From positions 17,390 to 81,389 of the forward strand of contig JACUUV010000004.1 of NCBI GenBank assembly GCA_014859095.1: a DNA stretch of 64,000 nt, read 5' to 3'. Positions within the stretch are counted from its first letter, which is position 1, and each line of letters starts with the position of its first letter. This DNA is from Clostridia bacterium (lineage in GTDB: Bacteria > Bacillota > Clostridia > Peptostreptococcales > Acidaminobacteraceae). The notes beneath the pieces were generated by a model. It was not told where the DNA came from. It saw nothing but the letters and a program-made list of their open reading frames with translations, and searched no databases. Below are positions 55,510 to 64,000 of the stretch, piece by piece. The position numbers and the translations under genes are program-made.

Positions 55510-57519
55510 CTATATCAAAGTGTATAATCGTTGATTCGTCAAGTTGTTCCAATTGCCTAAATTATCGCCTCTGATGTCGAGGATCTCATCTGAAATGAGG
55601 CCGATGTCACCGTAGTCGTTATAAGTATATGAATGCATAATTATGGTATAGAGTTTGAACTTTCGTTCTCTTTTGAGCTCGAGGAATTTCTCTCTGAAAT
55701 TCGGATGAATCTCACATTGACCATCTGTAATGAATAAAATATCGCTGTTTTTATGCTTGGCTTGTTTTATGATTTCCATGGCGGTGGAAAGTGGTTTTTC
55801 AAAGTCTGTTCCACCGCATATGAAAGTATCCATGATGTCCAGCACATCTCCCGCAGTTATTGTGAGCGGGTTGATTTCCTTGATGTATAAAGGCTCAGAC
55901 GCAGATGCGAATTGGATCAGTACCAACTTCCGTTTTTGAATTTTTGAAATTTCCAGAATCGCCAAAATATGTGCAAGTGTCTCATCGAATTTCTTTCCTT
56001 GCATGGATCCTGAACCGTCGTAACATAAAATGATAGGTCCCTTTCTTTTATCTTTTTTGGCTGCCATCTCAATAGTCAGAAGATTGTCATTGAGATATCT
56101 GTCGTAGAAATCATTCTCAAATGCATCGATATCCAGTGCGATACCGATGAATTCATCCTCAATGAGTCCGTCGATGTCGTTAGAGTAACGTATGCCATCT
56201 TGTGGCGTTACTTTCTCCCGCTTTTTTTTATAGGCTATGGTGCTGGCGTGTTTTTTGTTTTTTCCCACTTTGTTGATGAATTCTATGAATCGGGCAGATT
56301 TAGTGCGACTATACAAGGATATGATCTCATCAAATGTAAGATCGGAAATACTGCGTCCTGGTATACCAAGCGTCTTTATTTGATTGTTGAAGTGATCGAG
56401 TTTTTCACTAGTGGCTACTATGATGTCATCCCAGTCCAGCGACTCCATTTTTTTCCTGAGGTCATCGCGTTTGTCTATGAGTTCGTTATTAAGTTCAGGG
56501 ACCATTTTCAGTATCTCGGTTTCAGAAGGTGGGTTCTTTGGGGATGCTTTTCCATCGATGATCTTATTTTCATCCACATGTTCATTGTCGTCAATAGTAT
56601 CCATTTGTTTATGGAAAGGAGAGGCTCCTTGTGATTCGCCGATGGAAAAGGATTTTATAAAAGGTTTGAACCGGGACTCCAGATCTTCTTTGACATATTC
56701 TTCGTAATCTGAATCGACTTCGCCTTCTTTTCTAAGTACATCTTCCAGGGCGTCCTCGACAGCGGTGGATGTTTCCGATTGATCGAGATATTCCCTCACT
56801 TTTTCAATGTAGTCAGTAAGTGGCTTTTTATCCTCGTTTTTATAGGGTATTGAAGGTAATACTTTATCAGGTTGGGAGTCTGAATGATCAGAGTGCCTCG
56901 AAGACGCATCATTTTTACTGAGCAGTGGGATCAATGTCATCAAAAATTCTTTGGGGTCTTCTGTTTCAGATGAAGATAGAGATAAAATCTCATTGATCAT
57001 ATTGATTTCTATTGAATTCAGGATATCAGTAAATTCATAGTTTTGAAAGTCGTTACTTATAGTGTTTGACAATAAATTGTTGTATGACTCTATATGCTCT
57101 TCCATCTCGCTCAGAAATTCGGTTCCCCTCAGTTTTTCGAGCAGTTGATCCAGTAGGAGTTTCATGGCAAGATAAGATTCACCTTTTGAGCCTGCGCACC
57201 TCATCCTAAGAATTGTAGTTCTGGGATGTGAGGCGAATGATTCAATGATGACATCGTGCATTGAAACGGAATCTTCGGAGTTGAGTTTTATTACAATTTT
57301 GTATAAAATAAGATATAGATCCATTGAAATTGCATCGAACTCGGGAATGAGTCTTTGACCGTTGTCGATGAACTGTCTCAACAAATTTGAGTTTGCAAGG
57401 GTTTCCGTGAATATTAGCTCATCCATTAAGTTGTGGGTTACTATACTTTGCAAAACATCACCGCCTTTATATGATGTAGAAATGTTTACCCTAAAGTACA
57501 CTTCATAATCTGATAACAA
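55510..57519 (-). CDS. VWA-domain protein of the CoxE/ViaA type (long N-terminal region, acidic linker, C-terminal MIDAS VWA)
   Basis: The last 176 aa (55513..56040) have a complete MIDAS (ILCYDGSGSM, GGTDF, ITDG). The junction ...LLTIEMAAKKDKRKGPIILCYD is typical of the CoxE/ViaA family. The start is uncertain: the track start TTG 57519 has no SD and lies inside a sigma-54-like motif. The alternatives are TTG 57453 and ATG 57426. Confidence 0.7.
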   Translation of the reverse strand: MLSDYEVYFRVNISTSYKGGDVLQSIVTHNLMDELIFTETLANSNLLRQFIDNGQRLIPEFDAISMDLYLILYKIVIKLNSEDSVSMHDVIIESFASHPRTTILRMRCAGSKGESYLAMKLLLDQLLEKLRGTEFLSEMEEHIESYNNLLSNTISNDFQNYEFTDILNSIEINMINEILSLSSSETEDPKEFLMTLIPLLSKNDASSRHSDHSDSQPDKVLPSIPYKNEDKKPLTDYIEKVREYLDQSETSTAVEDALEDVLRKEGEVDSDYEEYVKEDLESRFKPFIKSFSIGESQGASPFHKQMDTIDDNEHVDENKIIDGKASPKNPPSETEILKMVPELNNELIDKRDDLRKKMESLDWDDIIVATSEKLDHFNNQIKTLGIPGRSISDLTFDEIISLYSRTKSARFIEFINKVGKNKKHASTIAYKKKREKVTPQDGIRYSNDIDGLIEDEFIGIALDIDAFENDFYDRYLNDNLLTIEMAAKKDKRKGPIILCYDGSGSMQGKKFDETLAHILAILEISKIQKRKLVLIQFASASEPLYIKEINPLTITAGDVLDIMDTFICGGTDFEKPLSTAMEIIKQAKHKNSDILFITDGQCEIHPNFREKFLELKRERKFKLYTIIMHSYTYNDYGDIGLISDEILDIRGDNLGNWNNLTNQRLYTLI

Positions 57520-57531
57520 TTATAATGCCAA
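57515..57531 (-). promoter_or_regulatory. sigma-54-like -24/-12 element upstream of the VWA gene (weak -12)
   Basis: Minus strand reads TTGGCATTATAATTGTT, against TTGGCATGACAATTGCT at 7932..7916. The GG-N10 spacing is right, but the -12 dinucleotide is GT instead of GC. Confidence 0.3.
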
Positions 57532-57675
57532 ATTTACTAATAATGTTTGTTGTTTACTGCTAAATAAAAAGACTATATCGTCTGAAAATTTAGTCTATTA
57601 CAATAATGAGATAAATGTGTAAAAAAAGATATAATAAGTGTGAGACGTACTGAATTACTTTTGGAGGTCATTAAT

Positions 57676-58506
57676 ATGAAAACATTTGAATACTTAAGAC
57701 CAACGTCATTAAAAGAAGCGTTGGACATTCTAAAGAATCATGACGGAAATGTATCCATTCTAAATGGAGGAACTGACCTGATTGTTAGAATGCGTGAGGG
57801 TCACTCATCACCGGAAGTTGTTATGGACATCAAAAAAATACCGGGACTCGATCAGATACAAGTGGATGAGGACCGTATCACAATAGGTGCTACGGTATTA
57901 CTCAATGATCTGGGATTGAACGAGGTCATTAAAACGAGATATCCTTACCTGGCACAAGCCGCTTTGTCAGTCGGATCCAAACAAGTCAGAAACAGAGCGA
58001 CATGTATAGGAAACATTTGCAACGCATCGCCACTTGCAGACACGGCAACTCCACTTTTGGCACTAAATGCAGATGTCCACATTTATGGGGAAGAGGGTAT
58101 AAAGACTGTACCGCTCAAAGATTTTTTTGTGTTTGTCAGAAAGACAGTTCTTAAACCTAATGAAATAGTAACGGGAATTTCATTCAAACAAGATCCGGAA
58201 GCACTTGGCATATTCACAAAAATGTCACGACGCAAAGAAGTGGATCTTTCTACAGTGTGCTCCACTGTAATGCGTACCGGTACGGAATATAGAATCAGTT
58301 GCGGAGCTGTCGCTCCAACACCGGTGAGACTCTTCAAGACGGAAGCGTTTTTAAGTGGAAAGACATTGACTGGAGAAGTAATCGAAGAAGCATGCAAATT
58401 GGCTGAAGGCGAAGTCGTTCCAATCAGTGACATCAGGGCTTCAGAAGCTTACAGACGTGAAATGGTCGGAGTAATGCTTCGTCGCGCACTCTCAGAATGG
58501 CTATAG
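57676..58506 (+). CDS. FAD-binding subunit of Mo-hydroxylase (cluster 2)
   Basis: MKTFEYLRPTSLKEALDIL......ILNGGTDL is FAD_binding_5-like, with a CO-dehydrogenase flavoprotein C-terminal domain (SDIRASEAYRREM). Confidence 0.85.
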   Translation: MKTFEYLRPTSLKEALDILKNHDGNVSILNGGTDLIVRMREGHSSPEVVMDIKKIPGLDQIQVDEDRITIGATVLLNDLGLNEVIKTRYPYLAQAALSVGSKQVRNRATCIGNICNASPLADTATPLLALNADVHIYGEEGIKTVPLKDFFVFVRKTVLKPNEIVTGISFKQDPEALGIFTKMSRRKEVDLSTVCSTVMRTGTEYRISCGAVAPTPVRLFKTEAFLSGKTLTGEVIEEACKLAEGEVVPISDIRASEAYRREMVGVMLRRALSEWL

Positions 58507-58516
58507 GAGGATAATC

Positions 58517-58987
58517 ATGAAAACTATGATAGAATTTACACTCAATGGCGAGGTTGTCGAGTGTTTGGTAGATAATCAAAGAACACTTTTAAAAATGATC
58601 AGGGAAGATTTTGACCTCACTGGAGCCAAGGAAGGTTGCGGCGCAGGTGAGTGCGGTGCTTGTACAATCATTGTGGACGGCAAGGCACTCAATGCTTGTC
58701 TCGTTCTCGCTGTTGAAGCGGACGGTACTGAGATTACAACTATAGAAGGTTTGGTAGTGGATGGAGAACTTGATCCGCTTCAAGTATCTTTTATAGACAA
58801 TGCTGCACTTCAATGTGGCTATTGCACTCCTGGCATGATCATGACCGCAAAAGCGATGCTGGAAGAAAATCCACATCCAACTGAAAATGAAATCAGAGAA
58901 GGCATCAGCGGCAACTTATGCCGTTGTACCGGCTATAAAAAAATAATAGAGGCAATCCAAGTGGTTGCTGACCAAAATAAAGCGTAG
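58517..58987 (+). CDS. [2Fe-2S]-binding small subunit of Mo-hydroxylase (cluster 2)
   Basis: Cys motifs [18 protein letters not shown] and CRCTGY. Confidence 0.9.
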   Translation: MKTMIEFTLNGEVVECLVDNQRTLLKMIREDFDLTGAKEGCGAGECGACTIIVDGKALNACLVLAVEADGTEITTIEGLVVDGELDPLQVSFIDNAALQCGYCTPGMIMTAKAMLEENPHPTENEIREGISGNLCRCTGYKKIIEAIQVVADQNKA

Positions 58988-58990
58988 GAG

Positions 58991-61312
58991 GTGGGAGACT
59001 TGAAATTTGTAGGAACTAGCGTAAAACGTGTCGACGGAGTAAAAAAAGTCACAGGCTCCTTAAAATATGTGGATGATATCAAATTATCAAAAATGCTTTA
59101 CGTCGCTGTAAAGAGAAGTCCTCATCCACACGCAAAAATATTGAGCATCAATTTTGAAAAAGCTTTGGCCATCAAAGGAGTCAAAGATATAATCACTGGA
59201 GATTTATTCACAAAACGTGGAGGACTTTACCTTGAAGACAAGAACTTTTTAGCTGTAGGTAAAGTAAGATATAGAGGAGAAGCTGTAGTGGCTGTTTGCG
59301 CTATTTCAGAGGAAATTGCCCAATCTGCGCTTGAGTTCATCGATATTGAATACGAAGTGTTACCGGCAGTCACCAACGCCAAAGATGCCATGAAACCGGA
59401 TTCGCCTCTTGTGCACCCGGATTTGGGTGAGTATAAATGGGCTCCTGTATTTTTCCCGGTACCTGGCACTAATATTTCCAATCACTATACACTTCGAAAA
59501 GGGGATGCGAAAAAAGCATTTGAGACTGCGGATTTTGTTGTTGAAAACGAGTTTTATGTTCCTCACGTGCAGCACGTACCTATCGAGACACATACAGCAA
59601 TCGCTCAAATGGACGCTGATGGGTTCATGACAGTATGGGCAAGTTGTCAATCGCCATATGCTGTGAGACAAGCCCTTTCAGAAGCTTTCGATCTCCCACT
59701 CAATAGACTGCGCGTACTTTCACCTGCGGTTGGTGGCGGATTTGGATCAAAAGCGGGTACCACACTGGAAGGCATTTTGATTCCTTTTGCAAAAAAATTC
59801 CCGGATCACCCGGTCAAACTGACTTATTCAAGACAAGATGAGTTTGAAAACGCTTATGTGAGACAAGGTCTACATGCGAGAATCAAAACAGGCGTCAATA
59901 AAGATGGTAAAATAATCGCGGTTGAAAATGAGTTCATTTGGGATGGAGGCGCTTACAATGAGTATGGCGTCAACATCGCAAAAGCGGCCGGATACGCTTC
60001 GGCAGGACCATATGACATTGAAAACGTATATACGGATTCATATTGTGTTTATACAAATCACCCTGTAGGGGGACCATACAGAGGATTCGGCATGAGTGAG
60101 ATTCATTTCGGTATCGAACAAAACCTCGATATGGTAGCTGAGCGAATTGGTATTGATCCAGTAGAAATCAGACGCATCAACGGAATGAAGCCGGGTGGCG
60201 TTACCGGTACCGGTGAAGTCGTCGAAGTTGCCGGATTGATGGAATGTCTGGATATCGCTGTGGATGAAATCAAATTCTACGAAAAAAGTGAAACTGTAAG
60301 TCCCACAAAAGTAAGGGGCAAGGGCATCGCATGCGGTTGGAAGGCCCCATCCATGCCGACAAATGCGGCTTCCTCGGCAATCATCAAATTGAACGAGGAT
60401 GGAACCGCCCATCTACTTGTAAGTGCACAGGATATCGGACAGGGTTCTGATACGGTCATGACACAAATAGCTGCGGAAGTACTTTCCATTTCACCAGAGA
60501 AGATTACCATTAGAACCGGTGATACGGACCAAACACCATATGAGTGGCAAACGGTTGCTTCCAGAATCACTTATTCTGCGGGTAGAGCAGTCTTTGAAGC
60601 AGCAAATGATGCAATGAACCAGTTGCTCGAACTTGCCCAAATCAAAATAGGGCTCTCCAAACGCGACTTGGAACTTAGAGACGGTTATGTGGTCTCAAAA
60701 ATCTATCCAGATAGAAAAGTAGCTATTTCAGAACTTGCTCTGGGACTTACTTTTGAGGATGGATCAGGTATTCATGGACCGATTATCGGTCGTGGTGCAT
60801 TTATTCCTCCAAATGTTCGTAACGCAGACAAAAAAACCGGTCTTGGGGAGCATCCGGTTGTATTCTGGACGTATGGAGCTCAAGGTATTGAAGTTGAAGT
60901 TGATCTCGAGACTGGGGCAGTAAAAATTCTCAAAGTCGTCTCAGTATTCGATGTCGGTAAAGTCATGAATCCACAATTGCTTGAAGGACAAATGGAAGGT
61001 GCGATTGCACAAGGTATTGGAACAGCACTTTTTGAGGAACTTATGCTTAAAGAGGGTAAAGTTCTCAACCCATCATTTGTCGATTACAAGATTCCTACAG
61101 CAGACGATATGCCAGAGATGGTGATAAAGTTTGTGGAAAATCCGGAGGATACTGGCCCATTTGGAGCCAGAGGAGTTGCCGAACCGGCGATGGTTCCTAC
61201 CGCACCCGCAATAGCGAATGCGATATACGCTGCTACTGGTATTCGCTTAAATACAATGCCGCTGACTGCTGAAAGAGTATTGAATGCAATCAAGGCGAAG
61301 AACAACGGTTAA
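58991..61312 (+). CDS. molybdopterin-binding large subunit of a xanthine-dehydrogenase-family hydroxylase (cluster 2)
   Basis: VKRVDGVKKVTGSLKY.DD, GGGFGSK, and the catalytic Glu region GARGVAEPA. The true start may be TTG 59000, which is 8 nt after SD AGGAGG, rather than GTG 58991. Confidence 0.85.
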   Translation: MGDLKFVGTSVKRVDGVKKVTGSLKYVDDIKLSKMLYVAVKRSPHPHAKILSINFEKALAIKGVKDIITGDLFTKRGGLYLEDKNFLAVGKVRYRGEAVVAVCAISEEIAQSALEFIDIEYEVLPAVTNAKDAMKPDSPLVHPDLGEYKWAPVFFPVPGTNISNHYTLRKGDAKKAFETADFVVENEFYVPHVQHVPIETHTAIAQMDADGFMTVWASCQSPYAVRQALSEAFDLPLNRLRVLSPAVGGGFGSKAGTTLEGILIPFAKKFPDHPVKLTYSRQDEFENAYVRQGLHARIKTGVNKDGKIIAVENEFIWDGGAYNEYGVNIAKAAGYASAGPYDIENVYTDSYCVYTNHPVGGPYRGFGMSEIHFGIEQNLDMVAERIGIDPVEIRRINGMKPGGVTGTGEVVEVAGLMECLDIAVDEIKFYEKSETVSPTKVRGKGIACGWKAPSMPTNAASSAIIKLNEDGTAHLLVSAQDIGQGSDTVMTQIAAEVLSISPEKITIRTGDTDQTPYEWQTVASRITYSAGRAVFEAANDAMNQLLELAQIKIGLSKRDLELRDGYVVSKIYPDRKVAISELALGLTFEDGSGIHGPIIGRGAFIPPNVRNADKKTGLGEHPVVFWTYGAQGIEVEVDLETGAVKILKVVSVFDVGKVMNPQLLEGQMEGAIAQGIGTALFEELMLKEGKVLNPSFVDYKIPTADDMPEMVIKFVENPEDTGPFGARGVAEPAMVPTAPAIANAIYAATGIRLNTMPLTAERVLNAIKAKNNG

Positions 61313-61344
61313 CGAAGAAGCTATTAATTTAGGGGAGGGGTTTT

Positions 61345-62583
61345 ATGTCTAAAAAAAATGGGCAAGCAGTTAATGTCAATGAGCACGCAATTACTGATGT
61401 ATCGGCACTTGGAACACCCAAAATGCTCACATTGGGCTTACAGCACGCATTTACAATGTTTGGTGCTACGGTACTTGTTCCAATCATCACAGGTCTAGAC
61501 GTATCGGTAGCATTGTTCTTGGCCGGTGTAGGTACTCTTTTATTTCACCTTGTAACAGGTGGTATGGTACCTGCATTTTTAGGATCTTCATTTGCATTCA
61601 TTGCGCCAATGCTCGCTGTGGCAAGCAGTCACGGACTTGATTATGCGCGAGGCGGTATCGTTGTCGCTGGTATCATCTATCTGATTCTTGCGGGTTTGAT
61701 GCAAGTATTCGGTACAGACAGAATCATCAAGTTTTTCCCACCGATTGTCACTGGTCCAATCATCCTTGTTATCGGTCTTAAGCTTGCACCGGTAGCTATT
61801 GATATGGCATCTTCCAATTGGCTATTGGCAATCATTGCATTCACCATCGTGACTATTGTCAGCGTATTTGCAAAAGGATTCTTAAAAGTAATTCCTGTTA
61901 TTATCGGTTTGATTGGCTCTTACATTATTGCTGCAGTATTCGGATTGATTGATTTCACTCCAATCAATGATGCGGCAATCTTCGGAGTTCCAGCATTTTC
62001 ACTTGCAAAATTCAATATTGATGCCGTGTTGACTGTAGCTCCAATAGCACTTGCAACTATGGTCGAGCACATCGGTGACGTTATTGCAATCGGTGCAACT
62101 GTAGAAAAGGACTTTATCAAAAAGCCTGGTTTATCCAGAACACTTCTTGGTGATGGTCTTGCCACATCGGTTTCAGCTATGTTTGGTGGACCTGCGAATA
62201 CTACTTACTCTGAGAATACAGGCGTATTGGCACTTACAAAAGCTTGGGATCCAAAGATTATGAGAATCGCAGCTGTATTTGCAATTGTTTTGGGTCTTGT
62301 GCCTAAATTAGGTGCACTGATTGGAACTATCCCAACAGCAGTAATTGGTGGTATCTCCATAATTCTTTTCGGTATGATCGCGGCTATCGGTGCAAGAACA
62401 CTTGTTGAAAACCAAGTGGATTTCAACAAATCCAGAAACTTGATCATTGCAGCAGTTATAGTTGTTTTAGGACTTGGTGGAGCAGTGCTTCCAATCAACA
62501 TTGGCGCATTGGCCCTCAACATTGAAGGTATGGCTCTTGCAGCAATCGTCGGCATTTTCTTAAACATCGTTTTACCAGAATAA
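61345..62583 (+). CDS. NCS2/NAT-family nucleobase:cation symporter, uracil-permease (UraA/PyrP) type
   Basis: LGLQHAFTMFGATVLVPIITG, FLGSSFAFIAP, MVEHIGD and the NAT signature ENTGVLALTK align closely with E. coli UraA (SLQHLFAMFGATVLVP, YLGSSFAFISP, EH.GH, GENIGVMAITR). Confidence 0.75.
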   Translation: MSKKNGQAVNVNEHAITDVSALGTPKMLTLGLQHAFTMFGATVLVPIITGLDVSVALFLAGVGTLLFHLVTGGMVPAFLGSSFAFIAPMLAVASSHGLDYARGGIVVAGIIYLILAGLMQVFGTDRIIKFFPPIVTGPIILVIGLKLAPVAIDMASSNWLLAIIAFTIVTIVSVFAKGFLKVIPVIIGLIGSYIIAAVFGLIDFTPINDAAIFGVPAFSLAKFNIDAVLTVAPIALATMVEHIGDVIAIGATVEKDFIKKPGLSRTLLGDGLATSVSAMFGGPANTTYSENTGVLALTKAWDPKIMRIAAVFAIVLGLVPKLGALIGTIPTAVIGGISIILFGMIAAIGARTLVENQVDFNKSRNLIIAAVIVVLGLGGAVLPINIGALALNIEGMALAAIVGIFLNIVLPE

Positions 62584-62607
62584 TGAAGTACGCTTCTCGT
62601 TAATCTA

Positions 62608-62640
62608 TTATGCCGGTAAGCAGCTTGCCGGCATAATTTG
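62608..62640 (+). terminator. putative terminator after the permease gene
   Basis: TTATGCCGG-(loop region)-CCGGCATAA followed by TTTGTT. The T-run is weak. Confidence 0.5.
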
Positions 62641-62753
62641 TTAGTTGGTTACAACAATAATGAAATATAACGCAAAACATTGTATCTCAACAACAATAAA
62701 TAGTGGAATCAATACACAGAATATTTAGTATAATATTGTTGGGAGGTATAATC

Positions 62754-64000
62754 ATGCAAAATAAAATGGGAGTTCGACTGAACGAAATCATTTCTCTTGA
62801 AGCTTTTGAAGGATGTGAAGTAATTAGTGGTTCAAACGGACTATCCAGACCAGTCACCAAAGTCAATATCATGGAAGTCCCCGATATCGTTCAGTGGCTT
62901 CAACCAGGAGAACTCTTACTAACGACAGCTTATTCCATTAAAGACAATGTTTTCGAGTTGAATGAACTGATTCCGAAAATGCATGAGATCGGCGTCGCAG
63001 GACTTGGACTCAAAATGAAGCGTTATATTGAAGAGTTGCCACCATCTGTAATCGAATTATCCAATCAATTGGGATTTCCGATCATAAAGATTCCAATGGA
63101 AGTATCTTTCAGTGATTTGATCACTTCCGTTCTTACTGCAGTTGTAAGCACCCAAACCAGTTTGTTGATACAAATTGACGCATTCAACAATCAACTCAAG
63201 GACATCATGCTGAGAGGTGGTGATTTGAGGGAGATTTGCAATATGATTGGGGACGTCGTCGCCGCTCCTGTCGCCATCACAGAAGAATTGTTCAAAGATT
63301 TTGTCATCAGCTCAAAGCACGAGCATGAAGAGGAAATTGAAGAAATCGTCAATAAAATGCTATTTAAACGTTCTGATCAGTTTAGAAGAATATACAGAGA
63401 TCAAGGCATTGAAACCGCAGTGGATGTCATTAAAGGCCATCCGGTGAAACGCTTAATGATTCCAATTTTCTCTGATGAGGTCCTTTACGGGCAGGTGATC
63501 ATTTGGAATATAGATGAAAAGGTCGAAGAAAAGACACTTTTCATGATTGAGGCGGCGGTATCGCTCATAGCACTACATTCAACAAAGAAATTGTCCATTT
63601 ATGAAAATGAAAACAAACATAAGATTGAGTTTATCGAGGAATTGCTTTCTCCCCAGGAGAGTCAGCAACAAAGAGCAATCGAAAAATCCAATTATTTTGA
63701 TTTTGATAAAAATAAGGCACATGGTGTGGTTTTGGTTAAGACTGTTGATGCTCCTTATGACGTCAGAATGACGCCTAACAACACACAAATCATGAAACAA
63801 CTGAATTCGAAACTGGTCAGCGTTGTCGAAAGAATGCAAAGACATTACAAAGGCACCTTGCTTTATGGAAACAAAAGTGACAGAGTGATATTCTTACTCA
63901 GTTTTGATCCTTATGCATCCCATGAGGAAAGTAAAAATGCAATGATCTCATTTTCCAATGAATTGACCAATTTCGCCAAATTCGAAAATATAGACAAAAA
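62754..64000 (+). CDS. PucR-family (purine catabolism regulator-like) transcriptional regulator, N-terminal about 415 aa; 3' end outside window
   Basis: SD GGGAGG before ATG 62754, and the frame stays open to the window end. MQNKMGVRLNEIISLEAFEGCEVISGSNGLSRPVTKVNIMEVPDIVQWLQPGELLLTTAY is the typical PucR N-terminal domain. This ORF is not in the supplied track because it has no stop inside the window. Confidence 0.75.
   Translation, partial: MQNKMGVRLNEIISLEAFEGCEVISGSNGLSRPVTKVNIMEVPDIVQWLQPGELLLTTAYSIKDNVFELNELIPKMHEIGVAGLGLKMKRYIEELPPSVIELSNQLGFPIIKIPMEVSFSDLITSVLTAVVSTQTSLLIQIDAFNNQLKDIMLRGGDLREICNMIGDVVAAPVAITEELFKDFVISSKHEHEEEIEEIVNKMLFKRSDQFRRIYRDQGIETAVDVIKGHPVKRLMIPIFSDEVLYGQVIIWNIDEKVEEKTLFMIEAAVSLIALHSTKKLSIYENENKHKIEFIEELLSPQESQQQRAIEKSNYFDFDKNKAHGVVLVKTVDAPYDVRMTPNNTQIMKQLNSKLVSVVERMQRHYKGTLLYGNKSDRVIFLLSFDPYASHEESKNAMISFSNELTNFAKFENIDK

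Noticed and set aside
50627-61312. Two XDH-family clusters as a recent tandem duplication or an assembly artefact.
   Set aside because: The subunit gene order differs (Mo-FAD-FeS against FAD-FeS-Mo). The protein sequences are strongly diverged, and an unrelated two-gene unit separates the clusters.
1-64000. Mobile elements, prophage, defence islands, toxin-antitoxin pairs, and tRNA or rRNA genes.
   Set aside because: No transposase, integrase, recombinase, phage structural, restriction-modification or cas-like translations appear in the ORF track. I saw no tRNA-like cloverleaf or rRNA-like sequence in the intergenic regions.

Overview
AT-rich chromosomal segment, apparently from a low-GC Gram-positive bacterium (Bacillota, with anaerobe-like gene content). 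It uses the standard genetic code (TGA is a stop). I saw no rRNA, tRNA, CRISPR array, transposase, integrase or phage genes. Gene content in order: (1) arginase 3' end and small membrane/redox genes: FUSC-like exporter, short Tag-like glycosylase, EamA transporter with a 24-His tail, YtxH protein, glutaredoxin, MBL hydrolase, LemA-TPM pair. (2) A sigma-54 circuit: a sensor kinase with an amino-acid-binding domain and an NtrC-type activator, next to an alanine/glycine:cation symporter with a near-consensus -24/-12 promoter. (3) A complete hisZ-G-D-C-B-H-A-F-IE operon. Its leader holds a 17-codon ORF ending HHHH-stop plus two terminator hairpins. (4) A decayed HD-GYP gene and a DEAD-box helicase with a 15-nt tandem repeat. 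(5) argG-argH behind a T-box leader. (6) Miscellaneous genes: ArsC/Spx family, Crp/Fnr, RocB-like M20 hydrolase, ClC channel, DUF5050 lipoprotein, GNAT, NUDIX. (7) A TPP-riboswitch-controlled thiC-thiW-thiD-thiM-thiE operon. (8) An ABC-2 exporter, a hemerythrin and a ROK kinase. (9) A polyphosphate module: ppx, ppk1 and an HD/CHAD protein. (10) From about 46 kb to the window end, an N-heterocycle catabolic island. Operon A is amidase, CMD, MCP, flavoprotein and a Mo-hydroxylase (Mo, FAD, FeS subunits). A RavA-like AAA+ / CoxE-ViaA-like VWA pair lies on the opposite strand. Operon B is a Mo-hydroxylase (FAD, FeS, Mo subunits) plus a uracil-type NCS2 permease. A PucR-type regulator runs off the end. 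Most noteworthy: the his leader-peptide attenuator; the AAA+/VWA pair wedged between two xanthine-dehydrogenase-family operons that lack XdhC; signs that those enzymes are not canonical xanthine dehydrogenases; and an MCP gene translationally coupled inside a catabolic operon. All calls come from reading the translations and the DNA by eye. No database search was run.
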